A stretch of 64,000 bases of DNA, taken from Curvularia clavata (lineage: Eukaryota). The stretch is from the NCBI GenBank assembly GCA_023920165.1, contig CP089274.1, forward strand, positions 1,488,001 through 1,552,000. Direction: 5' to 3'. Every line of letters starts with the position of its first letter. The first letter of the stretch is position 1. The notes under the pieces are model-generated. The model had not been told where the DNA came from, did not search any database, and worked only from the letters and a program-made list of their open reading frames with translations. Shown one piece after another: positions 12,020 to 24,398 of this stretch. A program made the position numbers and the translations under genes.

Positions 12020-13425
12020 ATGATCCCCAAAGGCTTCCGTCTTTCTTTTCCACATCTCGTCTTTTACGTTTCTACCTTTATCATCACTACCCAACTCTAT
12101 TTCATATGGGGCCAGTCCAAACACAACTACCTCGACTTTACGCATAAGCACTTACTGGGCAATTGGGCTTTTGATGCCGATGTCCACGCCAATGTACACA
12201 CGCTTAGCCAGGACCAATGCGACGCCGCCTTTCCCAAGCTGTACCACAGCCTCGATCAGTCTGTCCAATTGCGACAAGGAAGGAAGGTCCATCTTCAGGA
12301 TATCGAAATAGAACAAGGACGATGCATGTTAAGACTCCTTGTATATCAAGGAGAGGTATGTTCATGTAAACGTCATCTTGATTGGCATTTGGACTCACAT
12401 CTGGCCTAGCTATTCATTGTCGACGCCGGGAAACCAGAGAAGTGCTATGTCAAGAACGGAAATGAGCGAGAACGCATCCTGGGAACGCTTGCCCAAATTG
12501 ACCGTGCCGTCTCTACCACCTCTACCTCTGATCCTGCCATTCCCAACATCGAATTCTCGCTTTCGCTAGATGACCTGCCCCTTCGGTCGCGCAAACAGGG
12601 CACCTTTTTTGGCTATACGCGCAAGGATACGCCAGAATACAACAACATCTGGATGATGCCTAACTACGCTTATTGGGCTTGGAATTACACGCACGCCCCC
12701 AGTTGGAACAGCATTAGGAAGGAGATTGAGCAAAAGGAAAAAGAGTTGCCCTGGGACAAGAAGGACCCCAGGGTCGTCTGGCGAGGCAAGATCAAAATGG
12801 CAACACTGAGGAAGGAGCTGGTCAGGGTCAGTGAGGGAAAGGAATGGAGCGATATCAAACCCGTGGTTATCAACGACGCCAACGATCCGCACACAAAGGA
12901 TGTCATGAACCTGAGGGATTTCTGCGGGTATGTTTCGTATCTACCGAGTCACTGGAGATCCAATACTAATTCTTTTTCAGTTACAAGTACACCGTCCAGA
13001 CTGAAGGAACCTCCTACTCCGGCCGGCTCAAGTACCTCCAACTCTGCCGTTCGGCCTTGATCACGCACCCTCTGGAATGGCAGGAGTTCCACACGCATCT
13101 CATGCGTCTTGCCGGTCCCGAAGTGAACTATATTGAAGCGTCTGAGAACTTTGGCAATCTTGAGTCGGCCATGGAATACTATCGTGCACATGATAAAGAG
13201 GCAGAGCTCATTGCAAAGAATAGCTACGAGACCTTCACAAGAAGATATCTCACACCAGCAGCAGTGACATGTTATTGGAGACGGCTATTCTGGGCCTGGG
13301 CAAGTGTCCAGGGATACGATCCACTCTTGTACGTCCCTGGCAAGGATGGCAAGATGGCTATGAGAGGCACACCCTGGACAGCATTTGCTGCAAATTGGCC
13401 CAAGGACCCTGCGGCTATTCCTTGA
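12020..13425 (+). CDS. Glycosyltransferase family 90 (CAP10/KDELC-like)
   Basis: Exons 12020-12355, 12410-12927 and 12981-13425. N-terminal signal anchor, WMMPNYAYW, PWDKKDPRVVWRG, YKYTVQTEGTSYSGRLKYL, YLTPAAVTCYWRRL. Confidence 0.88.
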
Positions 13426-14033
13426 GTACCCGCCTCGGAACCTATCAAAGATCAACCGCTGGGAGGTGATTTTGCACGAGCATCAGCATTGGAGTACTAG
13501 GCTTTATATAATTTTGTACGATACCCGCAAACAAGGCGCCGAAAGACTTAGACACGTATTAATTTTTTCAATCACGTCCTATTTTATTGCATCACTGAGT
13601 TCCATCTGTCCAGTCTCGGTTCCCGAAGATAATCTATTTTAGAGCGACAGATTTCGGTAAATCTTAATCCTGCATATGCAGGTCCTTCATCAATCAATTT
13701 ATCTTTATTGATTGGTGCGCAATACGCCACCCGCTACTGCTGACGCTGCCAGGTACTAGCGAAGAATGTAACCATTAGTATAGGCAATTGTCGTATTTCT
13801 CAGATGAAGGATCAAAATTGCGGAGAACCCGAAAGCGCCGTTGTGCTCCTTCAATATACAAAGCACTAGTCAGCGTCCAAATCAGGACTTTCTATGAACT
13901 GCTGCATTTGCATTACGGGTGGAGTTGTTCAAAATTCCCAACGGAACCCGTGGAGTCCTGGCAATAAAAGGATCTTATTTCCAAGGTTAAAAAGAACACC
14001 AGAGTATCGATATCTCCTTCTGATATAAGCACC

Positions 14034-15125
14034 ATGTTGCTATTACCCATCTTTACGTTGTTCCATCTCTCCACGGCGCTACCAAGCCTCCAGCCACGAG
14101 CTTCTCAGTATCTGGCCATTCTTGACTTGGGCGTAGGCCACCGCAGTACGCCGATCCCCAGATGGCCTACCTCCCTCCGCCGTATCAACACCGATGGCAC
14201 TAATGCGGCAAACCTCACGCGATTCGGCATAGATTCCCCTGACTCCAACACGCTCGAACAACCAATACTTGCCTATGCCCTCACATACTCGCCCTCAACC
14301 TCCTCTCTTTTCTCCGTAACAGGCCGGGGTATTGTACGAACGAATGTGGACGGCGGGAATATGGAGTACATCGTGAAGAGAGCAGACGGGGACACATCCA
14401 GCCAGATTACCAGCATCACCGCAGCCGAGAAATCCCAAAAGCTCTACTACGGAGACTTGTATACAGGTCTCATCTACTCTGCAAACTACGATGGCAGCAA
14501 CGCCTCCGTGTTCCGCAACGTCTCACAAGGCATCAATTTCTCTTACGAATCATACACCCCCGCCAACACCTACGCCGGCGGCATCGTCGTCGACGAAACA
14601 CGCGGCTGGCTCTATTGGAGCTCAGTCAACGACGGCAGCATCCGCCGCGTAGAGCTCAGCGGCAAAGGCCAAGAGCAAGTCCTCGTCACGGGCATCGATA
14701 AACCCGGCCAGTTGCGCATCGCAGGTACTTCGCTCTTCTTCGTCGAGCGTGGATCCTGGAGCAGCTCCCCCACCGCTATCAAGTACTTGGACCGCATGAT
14801 CGATCAGCTCTCTGCGTCCCCTACTTCTCCTAACCTCGCTGTGCCCACTGGAACCCTGATTTCCTCGTCGCAGTCGCCGCTGTTCACGGAGAAGGACTAC
14901 ACAGGTGAGACACAGATTCTAGGCATTGAAAGCTTTGTCGTATATAGGAATGGAGTGGAGCAGATTGTTTACTTTGGAGTCAACAGTGCGGGTAGGACTT
15001 CATTTGGCAAGGTAGTGGAGACGGTATGGAGGGGTAGTGGAGGTAGCAGGGGGCCGGTATTTAAGGTACTCAGTGCGAATACGTCTGAGGTGGGGTTGCC
15101 GGTGGGTCTAGAGCTTGTGTTGTAG
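14034..15125 (+). CDS. Secreted protein with YWTD/LDL-receptor class B-like beta-propeller repeats
   Basis: Intronless 363-aa ORF with a signal peptide (MLLLPIFTLFHLSTALP). Repeats IVRTNVDGGN, KLYYGD..IYSANYDGS and GIVVDETRGWLYWS..GSIRRVELSG. Confidence 0.7.
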   Translation: MLLLPIFTLFHLSTALPSLQPRASQYLAILDLGVGHRSTPIPRWPTSLRRINTDGTNAANLTRFGIDSPDSNTLEQPILAYALTYSPSTSSLFSVTGRGIVRTNVDGGNMEYIVKRADGDTSSQITSITAAEKSQKLYYGDLYTGLIYSANYDGSNASVFRNVSQGINFSYESYTPANTYAGGIVVDETRGWLYWSSVNDGSIRRVELSGKGQEQVLVTGIDKPGQLRIAGTSLFFVERGSWSSSPTAIKYLDRMIDQLSASPTSPNLAVPTGTLISSSQSPLFTEKDYTGETQILGIESFVVYRNGVEQIVYFGVNSAGRTSFGKVVETVWRGSGGSRGPVFKVLSANTSEVGLPVGLELVL

Positions 15126-16371
15126 TAGGATATGAAGAGAGGTGGTATAGTTTGCCATTTTTTTAAAAAGGTTTGATGTAGAGCTTTAGCATATAGCCAT
15201 CTTCAGTGCTCCTATGGACTCGTATTGTCTTGGTTTGGTCATATTTGAGAGGATTCCTATGCCATACACCTAAGCTCTATTTGGGTAAAAATATGGTCTT
15301 TGTAAACAAACGGGCTCAAATGGCCAAAATCTTGTCGAAACAGACTGCTATTTTTCATGCTCCACTGAGAATCTGGCTGCTTACGGTTGATGTGATAAAC
15401 AAGTCATGCATTCTGAAGCAGGAAATGAATTAACCTTGTGCATACTCCCTTTGAGGATCGAAACCGTACCGTATATTAATCTGATGGAATACTCTGGAAA
15501 AAGTGCCTTCGACTTGTTTCATGCAAACCTCAGCCTATAAGAAGAAACCTGACGACACCCTTGCTAGTAATACTGCTGTCTGTGCATCTCCCCTATTATA
15601 TTTCTTCATATTCCGAAAAAGTTCGAAGACAGCAGAAAATATTGAGATATCTGCGGGTTTGTACTACAGGCCAACAAGGTCTGGACTGCTATCATTGTTA
15701 CCGTAAAGGTTAGACTGCGAAAATAAAACTGAGTGAGACAGAATCAATGGTACCTGAAGATTAAGCCATCGAGCTTGCTCAAGAGTTATAGAGGTTCAGA
15801 GTGTGGTACTTTTACATTGAGTCACAAAATCTCTGTAAAGTTGCGTAGATGTGATTTCATCAATACTCATTTGCCGAGCTCTCTATAGAGCGGACAGAAC
15901 TCCAACAACCAACTTTCCTTACGTTTCTATCCAATACATCGCAAGATATCATAATGCGACACACTTGATGTATATTTCTGGCGATTCGAACGTGGACTGA
16001 TGCAAGTTCGTTAAGGTGAAACAAAAGCTGGTACTCTCTCAGTGCAAGATGGTCATTGATCGAAGAATCTGTAGCTAGTTAGTATTTACCCTCTTATTAA
16101 GGTAGCACGCAACATGTTGTTGCGATATATATTCACTCTATCAGCGTAACCAAGGAGATGGAACCTCAACCCGAAAAGCCATGCCCGTTGATATCCAAGA
16201 GAGGAAAAGCAAGCAAAGGCGACTTACCTTCAGAGCCACATATCATACTCTCTCAGTCTTCAGGATCTTTAATGTTGTTACCGCTTGCACGCTTTCCCCG
16301 TTGCTCCTTTCACACTCCTCGGACCTCATTGTTTTGTGACCACCTCTTCCCTTCACCTCGACGCCATCACG

Positions 16372-16767
16372 TCACCCACTGCAAAATGCTCTCGATTTCC
16401 GACACCTCCTATTCACCGCTGCCGCACTGTCATCAACACTATTTCTCGCACTCAGCCTCGCAACACTCTGTCTCCTATCCCTACTATTCCGGACACCTCT
16501 CCCCCTATTTCTCTTGTCAAGTGGTGAATAGCACACGATCCAGCTCGTGGGTCTATGTATCATAGCGTCTGATTGTGTCAATAGTGGTGCTACGTAGTAT
16601 GGGCGCGGTGCTTCGTTCGCTGTGGGAATAAGGTCGTCTTCTGACTGGGCGTATCTTGAGGCGTGGTAGATTTCTGGTGTCGAACCTGAGGAAGCTGAGG
16701 AAGCTGAGTTATGGGAGGAGCACGTGAGGGCAGAGATCCATCTCCGTAGGGATTTTGTGAGACCCAT
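16372..16767 (-). CDS. Small hypothetical protein (uncertain)
   Basis: ATG at 16767 (MGLTKSLRRWISALTC...) opens a 131-codon Ser/Arg-rich frame. No recognisable domain. Confidence 0.3.
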   Translation of the reverse strand: MGLTKSLRRWISALTCSSHNSASSASSGSTPEIYHASRYAQSEDDLIPTANEAPRPYYVAPLLTQSDAMIHRPTSWIVCYSPLDKRNRGRGVRNSRDRRQSVARLSARNSVDDSAAAVNRRCRKSRAFCSG

Positions 16768-18156
16768 TCCGGTATGTTCTTGCTGGCAGCGATAGAGTTT
16801 AGTGCGAATGATGTGGTGTGGGATCTTGCTGATTTGAAGAGGCAAGGTTAGTTGGTAGGTTGGATAGGAGGCTCCTTTCCTGTCAGTTTGAAGGAACCGA
16901 GCGGATGGCAGTTGTATTGATAGTATTTCATATATGAAAAGTAGAACCGAAGACACTAGTAGGTACACGAGAGATCGAATCAGTCTATTCCGTCACCAGG
17001 GGATGCCCTTGAACATGATGGCCAGATGAAACGCCATTTGCACATGCTCCTCCCTCCCTCCCGTGTCGAGATGGCCTCATCACCTCCGCATTCCTGAATC
17101 CCACCCGTTCTCTCCTTACATAACAGGCTGTGGCTTATTGGCAGAATGATGCAAACCACGCCACACACACAACCCATTGTCCAGATTATCTGCGTGCCGT
17201 AGCTTGGCGCAGAAAATAAAATAACCCGCATCCTTTTCACAAGAATCATGCCTTGCCCTCCACAAACTCCAGTTTCGATACACCACGAGGCGTAAAAGAT
17301 AACATAAAGGGCCGATATGAAGAATTGACATGCACATCACGAAACCATAGCACCATTACCATCACCGCCATGAATAGAACCCACCCGTTCGCAGCCAGTC
17401 AAGTGGGGCAAAAAGTAACTGCACGGCCCGAAGAAAACGCTCGGTTCGCACGCCTCCCTGGCTTCTTCAGCCAGCCCCCCAGCCCGAGACAATCCAGACC
17501 ACAGGTATTTATGCAGCCATCTTGCACAACCTGCATATCGCTTACGGCTATTTTCTCTGCATAGGCCAGTGGCGTTGCGAGTTTCCTCACCACGTTGTGC
17601 AAATGGGCACAGAGGTGAGGGGTCTTTATTTTTCAAGGGTTATATTCGCTGCCAAGCAAGGGCACCCTTCTCTGATTTTAACCTACTCGGGTATCGGAAT
17701 GTGGGGTAGTCTGGGCACCAGTAGAAGGAGAGGGTGGGCAATAACTTGGTATGGTATTGTTAAACGATGAGTGAAACTATTGAGTGTCCACCTGATGTCT
17801 TATATCTGTTCTTTTATATGATGGGCGGATAGTTTTCATGTTCCGGTTTGCTGCATACCAGCGAAGCGCAGCAAAAAGGAAAAAAAACCATAGTGGCGAG
17901 ATCTTTACCCAAGAGCTTGAGGCACTATGGCTCAATTCTGATCTTGTCCGCGTTTTGCTAACGGACGAATTTTAGAATACTCTAGTGGATGCAACTCGTA
18001 TCAAGAAACCTTGCATACGTGAATAGATCTTCCACCCCCTCATGTCTCAAAGTCGACGAAGATATCAATGTGCTTTCTGGGACAAAAGACCATGCAACGC
18101 AGATGAATGCGCTACTCTACAGACTGCCACGAGCAAGATCGACACAATCACCCTCT

Positions 18157-19074
18157 TCAACTAATAAGACGCATCGTGACCTCGACCGTAGCAAACGTCC
18201 CTGCGGAAACGGGCATGGCACGGAGCAGAGTTGGTCCAATCCCCCTCCAGAAGCCGCCTAGACCCTCACCCCTGTACGTCTTCACAAAGCAGTCTCTCAT
18301 GCTCTTGTACTTTTGGTCTGCCCCAAAGCCATCACTCTGCATCTTGCTCTTGATGACGTCGAACGGATAGCTGCTGATCCAGAGTACCTCGCCCGCGAGT
18401 CCACCGTACGCCGCGACCTTGAGGGTAGAGATTTCTGATCGATCAATGTTGTTGCGTGCAGCATCCGAGTTCATCAGATACTCGAATGCGGTAAACCAAC
18501 ATCCGTACGCCTGAGCCTCACGCATAAAAGTCACGGCTGTGCCGCGGTAGACGCCGCCAAGTACGCCTTGGTGGGCCGAGAGCTTGCGTATGCAATCGAT
18601 GGGCCCGCTGTAGAGCCGATTTGCGCCGTGCGGCTGAGTCTGCAATCTTATACGGATATGCTCGATTGGGCTTGAGAGAGCCGTATTGGCGATACCTGCA
18701 AAGGCGCCAGCGGCGTAGTACTGCGAGTAAGACAGCTGTGCGGATCCGGACTTGGCTGTATTGCTGGCTTCGAAAGCGCGGCGTGCATAGTGGAAGCCAC
18801 CGAATTGGATAGATACGCAGGCTCCGATACCAATCAGAGGCGTCAGAGTGCCTTTGTAGAACGCGAGTGCGCCTTCGTTTTGGTAGATTTTTGTTGCTGC
18901 ATCCAGAGCGCCAGCGTATTGGGATGTTGTCTGCAGGCGTACTTTGACAATGTCGAATGGCTGGCCGATGAGTACCTGAGCGACTCCGCCCACGGCTCCA
19001 GCAAAGAGGTCCTTGAGTGTTCGGGAAAGACCGGCCTGAGCTGGATCTTCATGCTCCATATGAGGTTCTGACAT
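18157..19074 (-). CDS. YMC1: Mitochondrial carrier family protein (YMC1/2-like, carnitine/acylcarnitine-carrier clade)
   Basis: Intronless 305 aa with three Px[D/E]xx[K/R]x[K/R] signatures (PFDIVKVR, PIEHIRIR, PFDVIKSK) and FYKGTLTPLIGIGACVSIQF. Confidence 0.88.
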   Translation of the reverse strand: MSEPHMEHEDPAQAGLSRTLKDLFAGAVGGVAQVLIGQPFDIVKVRLQTTSQYAGALDAATKIYQNEGALAFYKGTLTPLIGIGACVSIQFGGFHYARRAFEASNTAKSGSAQLSYSQYYAAGAFAGIANTALSSPIEHIRIRLQTQPHGANRLYSGPIDCIRKLSAHQGVLGGVYRGTAVTFMREAQAYGCWFTAFEYLMNSDAARNNIDRSEISTLKVAAYGGLAGEVLWISSYPFDVIKSKMQSDGFGADQKYKSMRDCFVKTYRGEGLGGFWRGIGPTLLRAMPVSAGTFATVEVTMRLIS

Positions 19075-19980
19075 TTTGGTCTCTGCTCCCTGATTCCAAA
19101 TCGCTGTTCACAGGTCCTTACTCTTATCGTCGTGCGCACGAGCCCTGTGAGGGGCAACTGTGACTTGATCGATCTGCAGATACCTCTTTCTTGCTACTCA
19201 CTCCGATATGAGATTAGGCGGTCTCACGCGGTCGTATAGTCGATTTCAATGGCTTTTGTAAATATGAAAGTGTTCAGAAGTCTCTCCAGAAAGTCCAAGA
19301 CCTAATTGCGTGCTTGTGCACGGACGCACTAGCAAACAAAACGACCTTGGATAGCCGATGGTCGGCATCTAATGCCTCGAACCGGTCATCATTCGCACTA
19401 AGTTACCGCATTGATACCCGCACAAGTTAGACTTTGGACAGGAACATCAATGGCACACAGCTCAGAACAAAAGAATCAGATTACCTCCTGGTATCGGTAT
19501 ATCCCGTGATGCCTGTCGATTCCGCTACCAACAGATGGAAGTCATTCATACGCCAATTCAACGCCGATCCATCCATAAAAGAAAAGAACGACAACACTAG
19601 CAACGGACATGACGAGATACAGGAAAAACAGAGACGAGTGTCAGCTAGACACTTTGGGGATACTCCTGCCAGACGGAAATCTCCCAAAAGGGTGACTAGC
19701 ATAAATGCAGCTATAAAACAAACAAGAAGAAAAAAAACGACAAAGGGAAACTAGACAGCTGGCCGTAGAGCGAACGTCATGAATGTTGTTTTGAGATGCA
19801 GCACGCACGTTAACACCTGGAAATCCCTCTCTACCAGCGTTTCTCCAGCAAAAAAAAGGGCCGTAATTTTACACTACCACTTGCCATTCCCAAACGGGAA
19901 GGTTTCGAGTGTGTAAGAAACCTGCGAGCTGCGTAGCAATACGCCGGCGGTTTGGGAGTAATCGGCTTTAAACCGAAAAG

Positions 19981-20917
19981 CTACCAGCATTTAAGTTTAC
20001 TCCAGAAGCCTTGTTTCGGCTCGTCGGAATCGTGCTTCTCGCTGAAGTTATTCGCTGCAGGTTGGTTTGGGTTGGACATGGGAAGGGCGGCAGTGCGGTT
20101 TACGGAGGTTTCGTTTGCAGTAAGTCTGCGTGCTTCTACGACGCGGCGGACGAGGACTGTTGATCGCAGACAAGTTAGTGAACTGCTCGTTTCTCCAATC
20201 TCAAAGGACAAGCAATTGTCGTAGGGCAAGACTCACGGGCAAATGTCTCCTCAATGTTGACCATTTCCCTGGCGCTCGTCTCCATGAAACCGCATTTCCG
20301 TTTCCGCGCCCACTCGAGGCCTTTCTTTGCTTCAATCACCCGTTGGCTCTGCAGATCGCACTTGTTGCCGACTACACACTTGATTGGCGGTATCTTGCCG
20401 TTGTCTAATCGGTTCTCCGTCTCCATGTCAATCATTTCCATGAAGTAGTCGAGTGCGTCGAGCGAGTTGGCTGCGGTGATGTCGTAAACGAGGAGGAAGG
20501 CATCGGATTGCAGGTTCGACGCCGCCCAGAGGCCACGGTATTCTTCTTGGCCAGCCGTGTCGGTGAGCATGAGGTAGTAAGGGACGCCGTCAATAGTACG
20601 TGTTACTGAGTATGAGTCTTCTGTAGAGGGGGTCAGATGTGCGTGGGCGCGAAGTGGGTGCGCAGGTGTGCCGTACCTATGGTGGGATCATACCTACAAC
20701 ACATGTTAGCCAAATATATTCCTCTTTGGATGCGGCTTCGCATTGGGCGTGCGAAACTTACTCTGATGTCCATTCGCTCCTCACCAGTCGCAATGTGATT
20801 GAACTCTTTCCTGTGCGCCGTTAGCCTGGGGCCCTCTCAAGTCTCCCTGTACAGTTGCGCCATACCGCATCCTCCGTCGCCACACACAGTGATGGTTATC
20901 CTGTTGTTCTCGTCCAT
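19981..20917 (-). CDS. Ras-family small GTPase, atypical (no CaaX)
   Basis: Five exons: 20917-20866, 20810-20762, 20693-20677, 20620-20237 and 20156-19981. G1 GDGGCGKS, effector YDPTIEDSY, G3 DTAGQEEY, G4 NKCD, G5 ETSAR; ends KQGFWSKLKCW*. Confidence 0.92.
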
Positions 20918-21563
20918 GATATCCGCCTCTTGCGCTCTCTGGCTGCCAATATTCTACGCCTTTGTCTGGAGGGTTGTTGAGCGTGTGGTGGTTGTCGCAA
21001 TCGCGTTTCGCCTCAATCAGCCCCGAGTCTGGCTTGTTTGCGCGCGCCACCCCAAAGGTAGCCCTTGCTTCTTCTCCCTGACACCGCACGAGACCAAAAA
21101 GCAACCCCAATAGAGTACTGTCGTATGATTCTCTCCAAGTATATCGCCGCTGATTCGTGGGTGCGACAGCCGTGCAGGCCCAGAAAAATAAAAAAACGAA
21201 ACGAAAAAAAAGAAGAGAGTGTGTATCCCTCGAGGGTCACTTGCTTGTCCCTTCGTGGCAGGCAAGCAAACCAAGGTATTCAGACGGCCGAGTGCAAGGA
21301 AAACCAAAAAAAGAAAAATATGCGCAGGTCACAGCGGCACCGAGGGGATATACTAGTTAGTACAGTAAGACCAGAGTAAGAGCGAGAAATTGAATAGGAA
21401 CAAATGAAGCGGGACAGTGCGCGCTATCTATCCATCAGAAAACGAGAAAGAGAGCGAGAGAGGGACATAGCCTCTATCTAGTACATAAGCATCATCCGGT
21501 CGGGCATTAACCGTAACGAAATGAGCTGGGTACGAAGATCCCCTTCTGCAACCGCGCCTCGCT

Positions 21564-21585
21564 CCCCCCCCCCCCCCCCCCCCCC
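21564..21585. repeat. Poly-C tract (22 nt)
   Basis: Uninterrupted C homopolymer upstream of the Ras gene. Confidence 0.95.
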
Positions 21586-24398
21586 GGTCGACTCCCCTCC
21601 CCTACCGTAACCCCATCGTATCCTGCTCTCACGGCCCATGTCCGACAGAAGAGAGAGAGAAAAAAAAAAGGGCAACTTTGCCCAAACCCCCGGAAAGGCA
21701 CCCCTGTCAGCTTCGCTCTAATTGAGTAAGCCAAGGAAACCAAGGATAAGAATCTCTCTTGTCAGTGAGACCAGCAACAACGACTAGCCAAGCCTTCAAC
21801 GTGATGGGCTTCGTTTGCGAAGCTGGGGAGGGGCTGTGTGCCAGGGGGACCCAAGGGAAAAGGGACCTGGGCTCTGTGAATGTTGCTCTCTCAGTCGTCC
21901 AACCCCCCTCGCTCAAGCAACTTGCTCGGGCCGCATTGGACGTGCAGCGGCCCCTTGAGAAGCAGGGGAGGTGACATGTCGGAGGAGCGTCCCCACTTGT
22001 TTGATTGGGTGGCTTGACGAGCCGCTAGGATACCGGGGCACGGGGAATAGCACGCTAGTGCACGTTGCTGTTGTGTTGCGTGCCGCGCCCATCTCCCATG
22101 CCCATCCCTCACGTCAAGCTGAAGTTTATTTGGGCCCGTCGCTGCACCTGTTTAACTTGCTGGTCTACAAATACCCACTTTGCATATACAGATGCCGAGG
22201 CTCGATATCTGCTCTTGCTGCCGGTCGGCCATGGTATGCATCGTTATTGTTGTTGTTGGGCTGCTGATCTTTCTCTCTTCACAGCTGAATCAAATCAACA
22301 CGACACAGTGGTCTTTCGTAACAACAACCAAACAAGAAATTTTTAATTTACGCCGTCTTCCCGCGCGACAATGCACTTGTCAACAGTCTATGCCTCAATC
22401 CCTCAGCTCCTCGATGCATCCTTTCAACCACTTTTTTTTTCTCCACAAGGCTTCTGTCTGGACCATGGCTGCCCCATCTTTCTCCCCTTCTCTATCTACC
22501 CCTGTCGTCTTTGTCACTGGCACACCCACGTTTCCCGTCCCGAACCCTTTCTTCTCTGTTTATTGCCGGTCGTTTCTCTCTTTCTCATTGACCTACTACG
22601 TACTACTCGCACGCGCGCGCGCCCAAGTCCGCGTCGGCATCCTTGGCACACGCGGGAAACCAAACGGTCGCCGAGGTGGGTGTGTGGCTAACCAAGTTTC
22701 TTGCTCTAAAACGTCCCTTCCCATTTCCTGTTCTGCCCTTGCATCATTGACCACTGACTATCGCCCTCATCACGGAAGAAACAAGCAAAATGATCCGCCC
22801 GTTTCTTCCCGTAGCGCCATGTCATCACGCCGACACCATGCAAGCTGCACACACATACAAACTTTCTTTCTTTCTCATATCGAACCAGGCTCTAAATCCA
22901 AGCGTGTGTGTGTGTGGGGAGAGAAACTGCAAGCGAGGTTTCGTTCGAGCTGTGGCTTCCCGTATTCGCCTCATTTGAGCTTCGAGTTTAACCTCATTGC
23001 TCAACGGCGAACGAATGAAGGACGGACGAATGGCCGACGACGAAAATACGAACTCAAGATCGAGTCTGAGCTAAGCAAACGCTTTACGCTAACTCTTTGA
23101 CATGGAAAAGCCCGTATTCGTCTATATTCCCTGTGTATATAGTTGATTGGTGTGGTCTGGTTGGACAAGTTAGTCGAGTGGGGTGTGAAATAAAAAAGTG
23201 AGGCAAGCAAGCACGTAGGTAAGAATCACAATGGTAGTTACGCTACGATCTACTCAATAAAGCCGGTGCTACAATCGAACGATGTACGTATGCAGATCTC
23301 TGAACGAGTATGTATCAATGGATGTGTTGATACGTCAGTACTTGTACGCTTCTACAAGGTCACTCCGCTTTGCTAGTTCCATCGATCGGCTTGCTCGATG
23401 TGAATCGACTTTGAAAAACATATTCCGTACCAACAACCGCCAGCGTCGTCATGGGCTTCTTGATGTTGACAAGTATATGCACTTGGGCTTCAAGATCATC
23501 TACATACAGCCTCTTGGTTTTGGCCCTGTTGAGTTGGACCGTATTTTCTCCGTACCCAAGGCTCATTCGTAACACCTGATGGTCCAGACCAAGGTCGAAG
23601 ACCAGACACACGGGACTTGCGCCACAAGGTGAGTTTGAAAAGCACGCGGGGAAGCCGGAGCGGGCCTCCCCTCAGGGTAACCGGCATATGCATTCATGCA
23701 AGTGGGGAAGATGGGCAAGGGGGTTCACGAAGGTGTTAGTGGATGGCATGGAATCCCGAAGCCCGTCATGGTTACATCACGTTTTGTATAGCCTGTGAGC
23801 GCATATCCTGTATTTGCAATAAATTGACTGGTATATTGAACTGACATCACGCGCACATGCGCACCCTCTTGGTCCATCCCTATGTCCAACTCTTCCCACT
23901 CTTCCTTCCACCGTCGCCATTCGTAATCACACCACACCACACCTTGTCGGCCAAAGAGAAGTGGAGAGATAAATGAAAAAAAGAAAAAAAAAACAGAAAG
24001 ACCGGTGCTATTGCACTCCCATTTACCTCCTCAATGGCGGAATTTCGTCCAGCATCTAAATAAGGCTAATCTTCGCAACAAGCTGCTTCGTCACTAACTA
24101 CGGTAAGCATAGCATGTCTAGTACATGACATGACCATGCGAAATATACCCCCATCGTTCCAACACAGAGATCGTCAAGTAAAAAACGCGGACGCAAGCAA
24201 TCAAGAGAAGGGACAAATAAACAAAAGCGGACATAGGAGAGTCTAAATTGTCTCCAGTATCACCTGTAATCGCCGTGGGATTGTAAAGGCCGTCGAGGAA
24301 AAAAATAGAAATGTGTACTGGGGTATCGTTTGACCAAAGACAAAAAGGACGCGAAACACAAGAGGAGGCGCAAGAATAAGAAAAAAAAACGTTCGTCT

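Noticed and set aside
22180..23100. 306-aa + strand ORF
   Set aside because: Non-ATG start, low-complexity T/C tracts and GT/CG dinucleotide runs, no domain; looks like promoter or UTR sequence.
23360..23611. 83-aa minus-strand ORF downstream of wc-1
   Set aside because: No recognisable motif or supporting splice structure.
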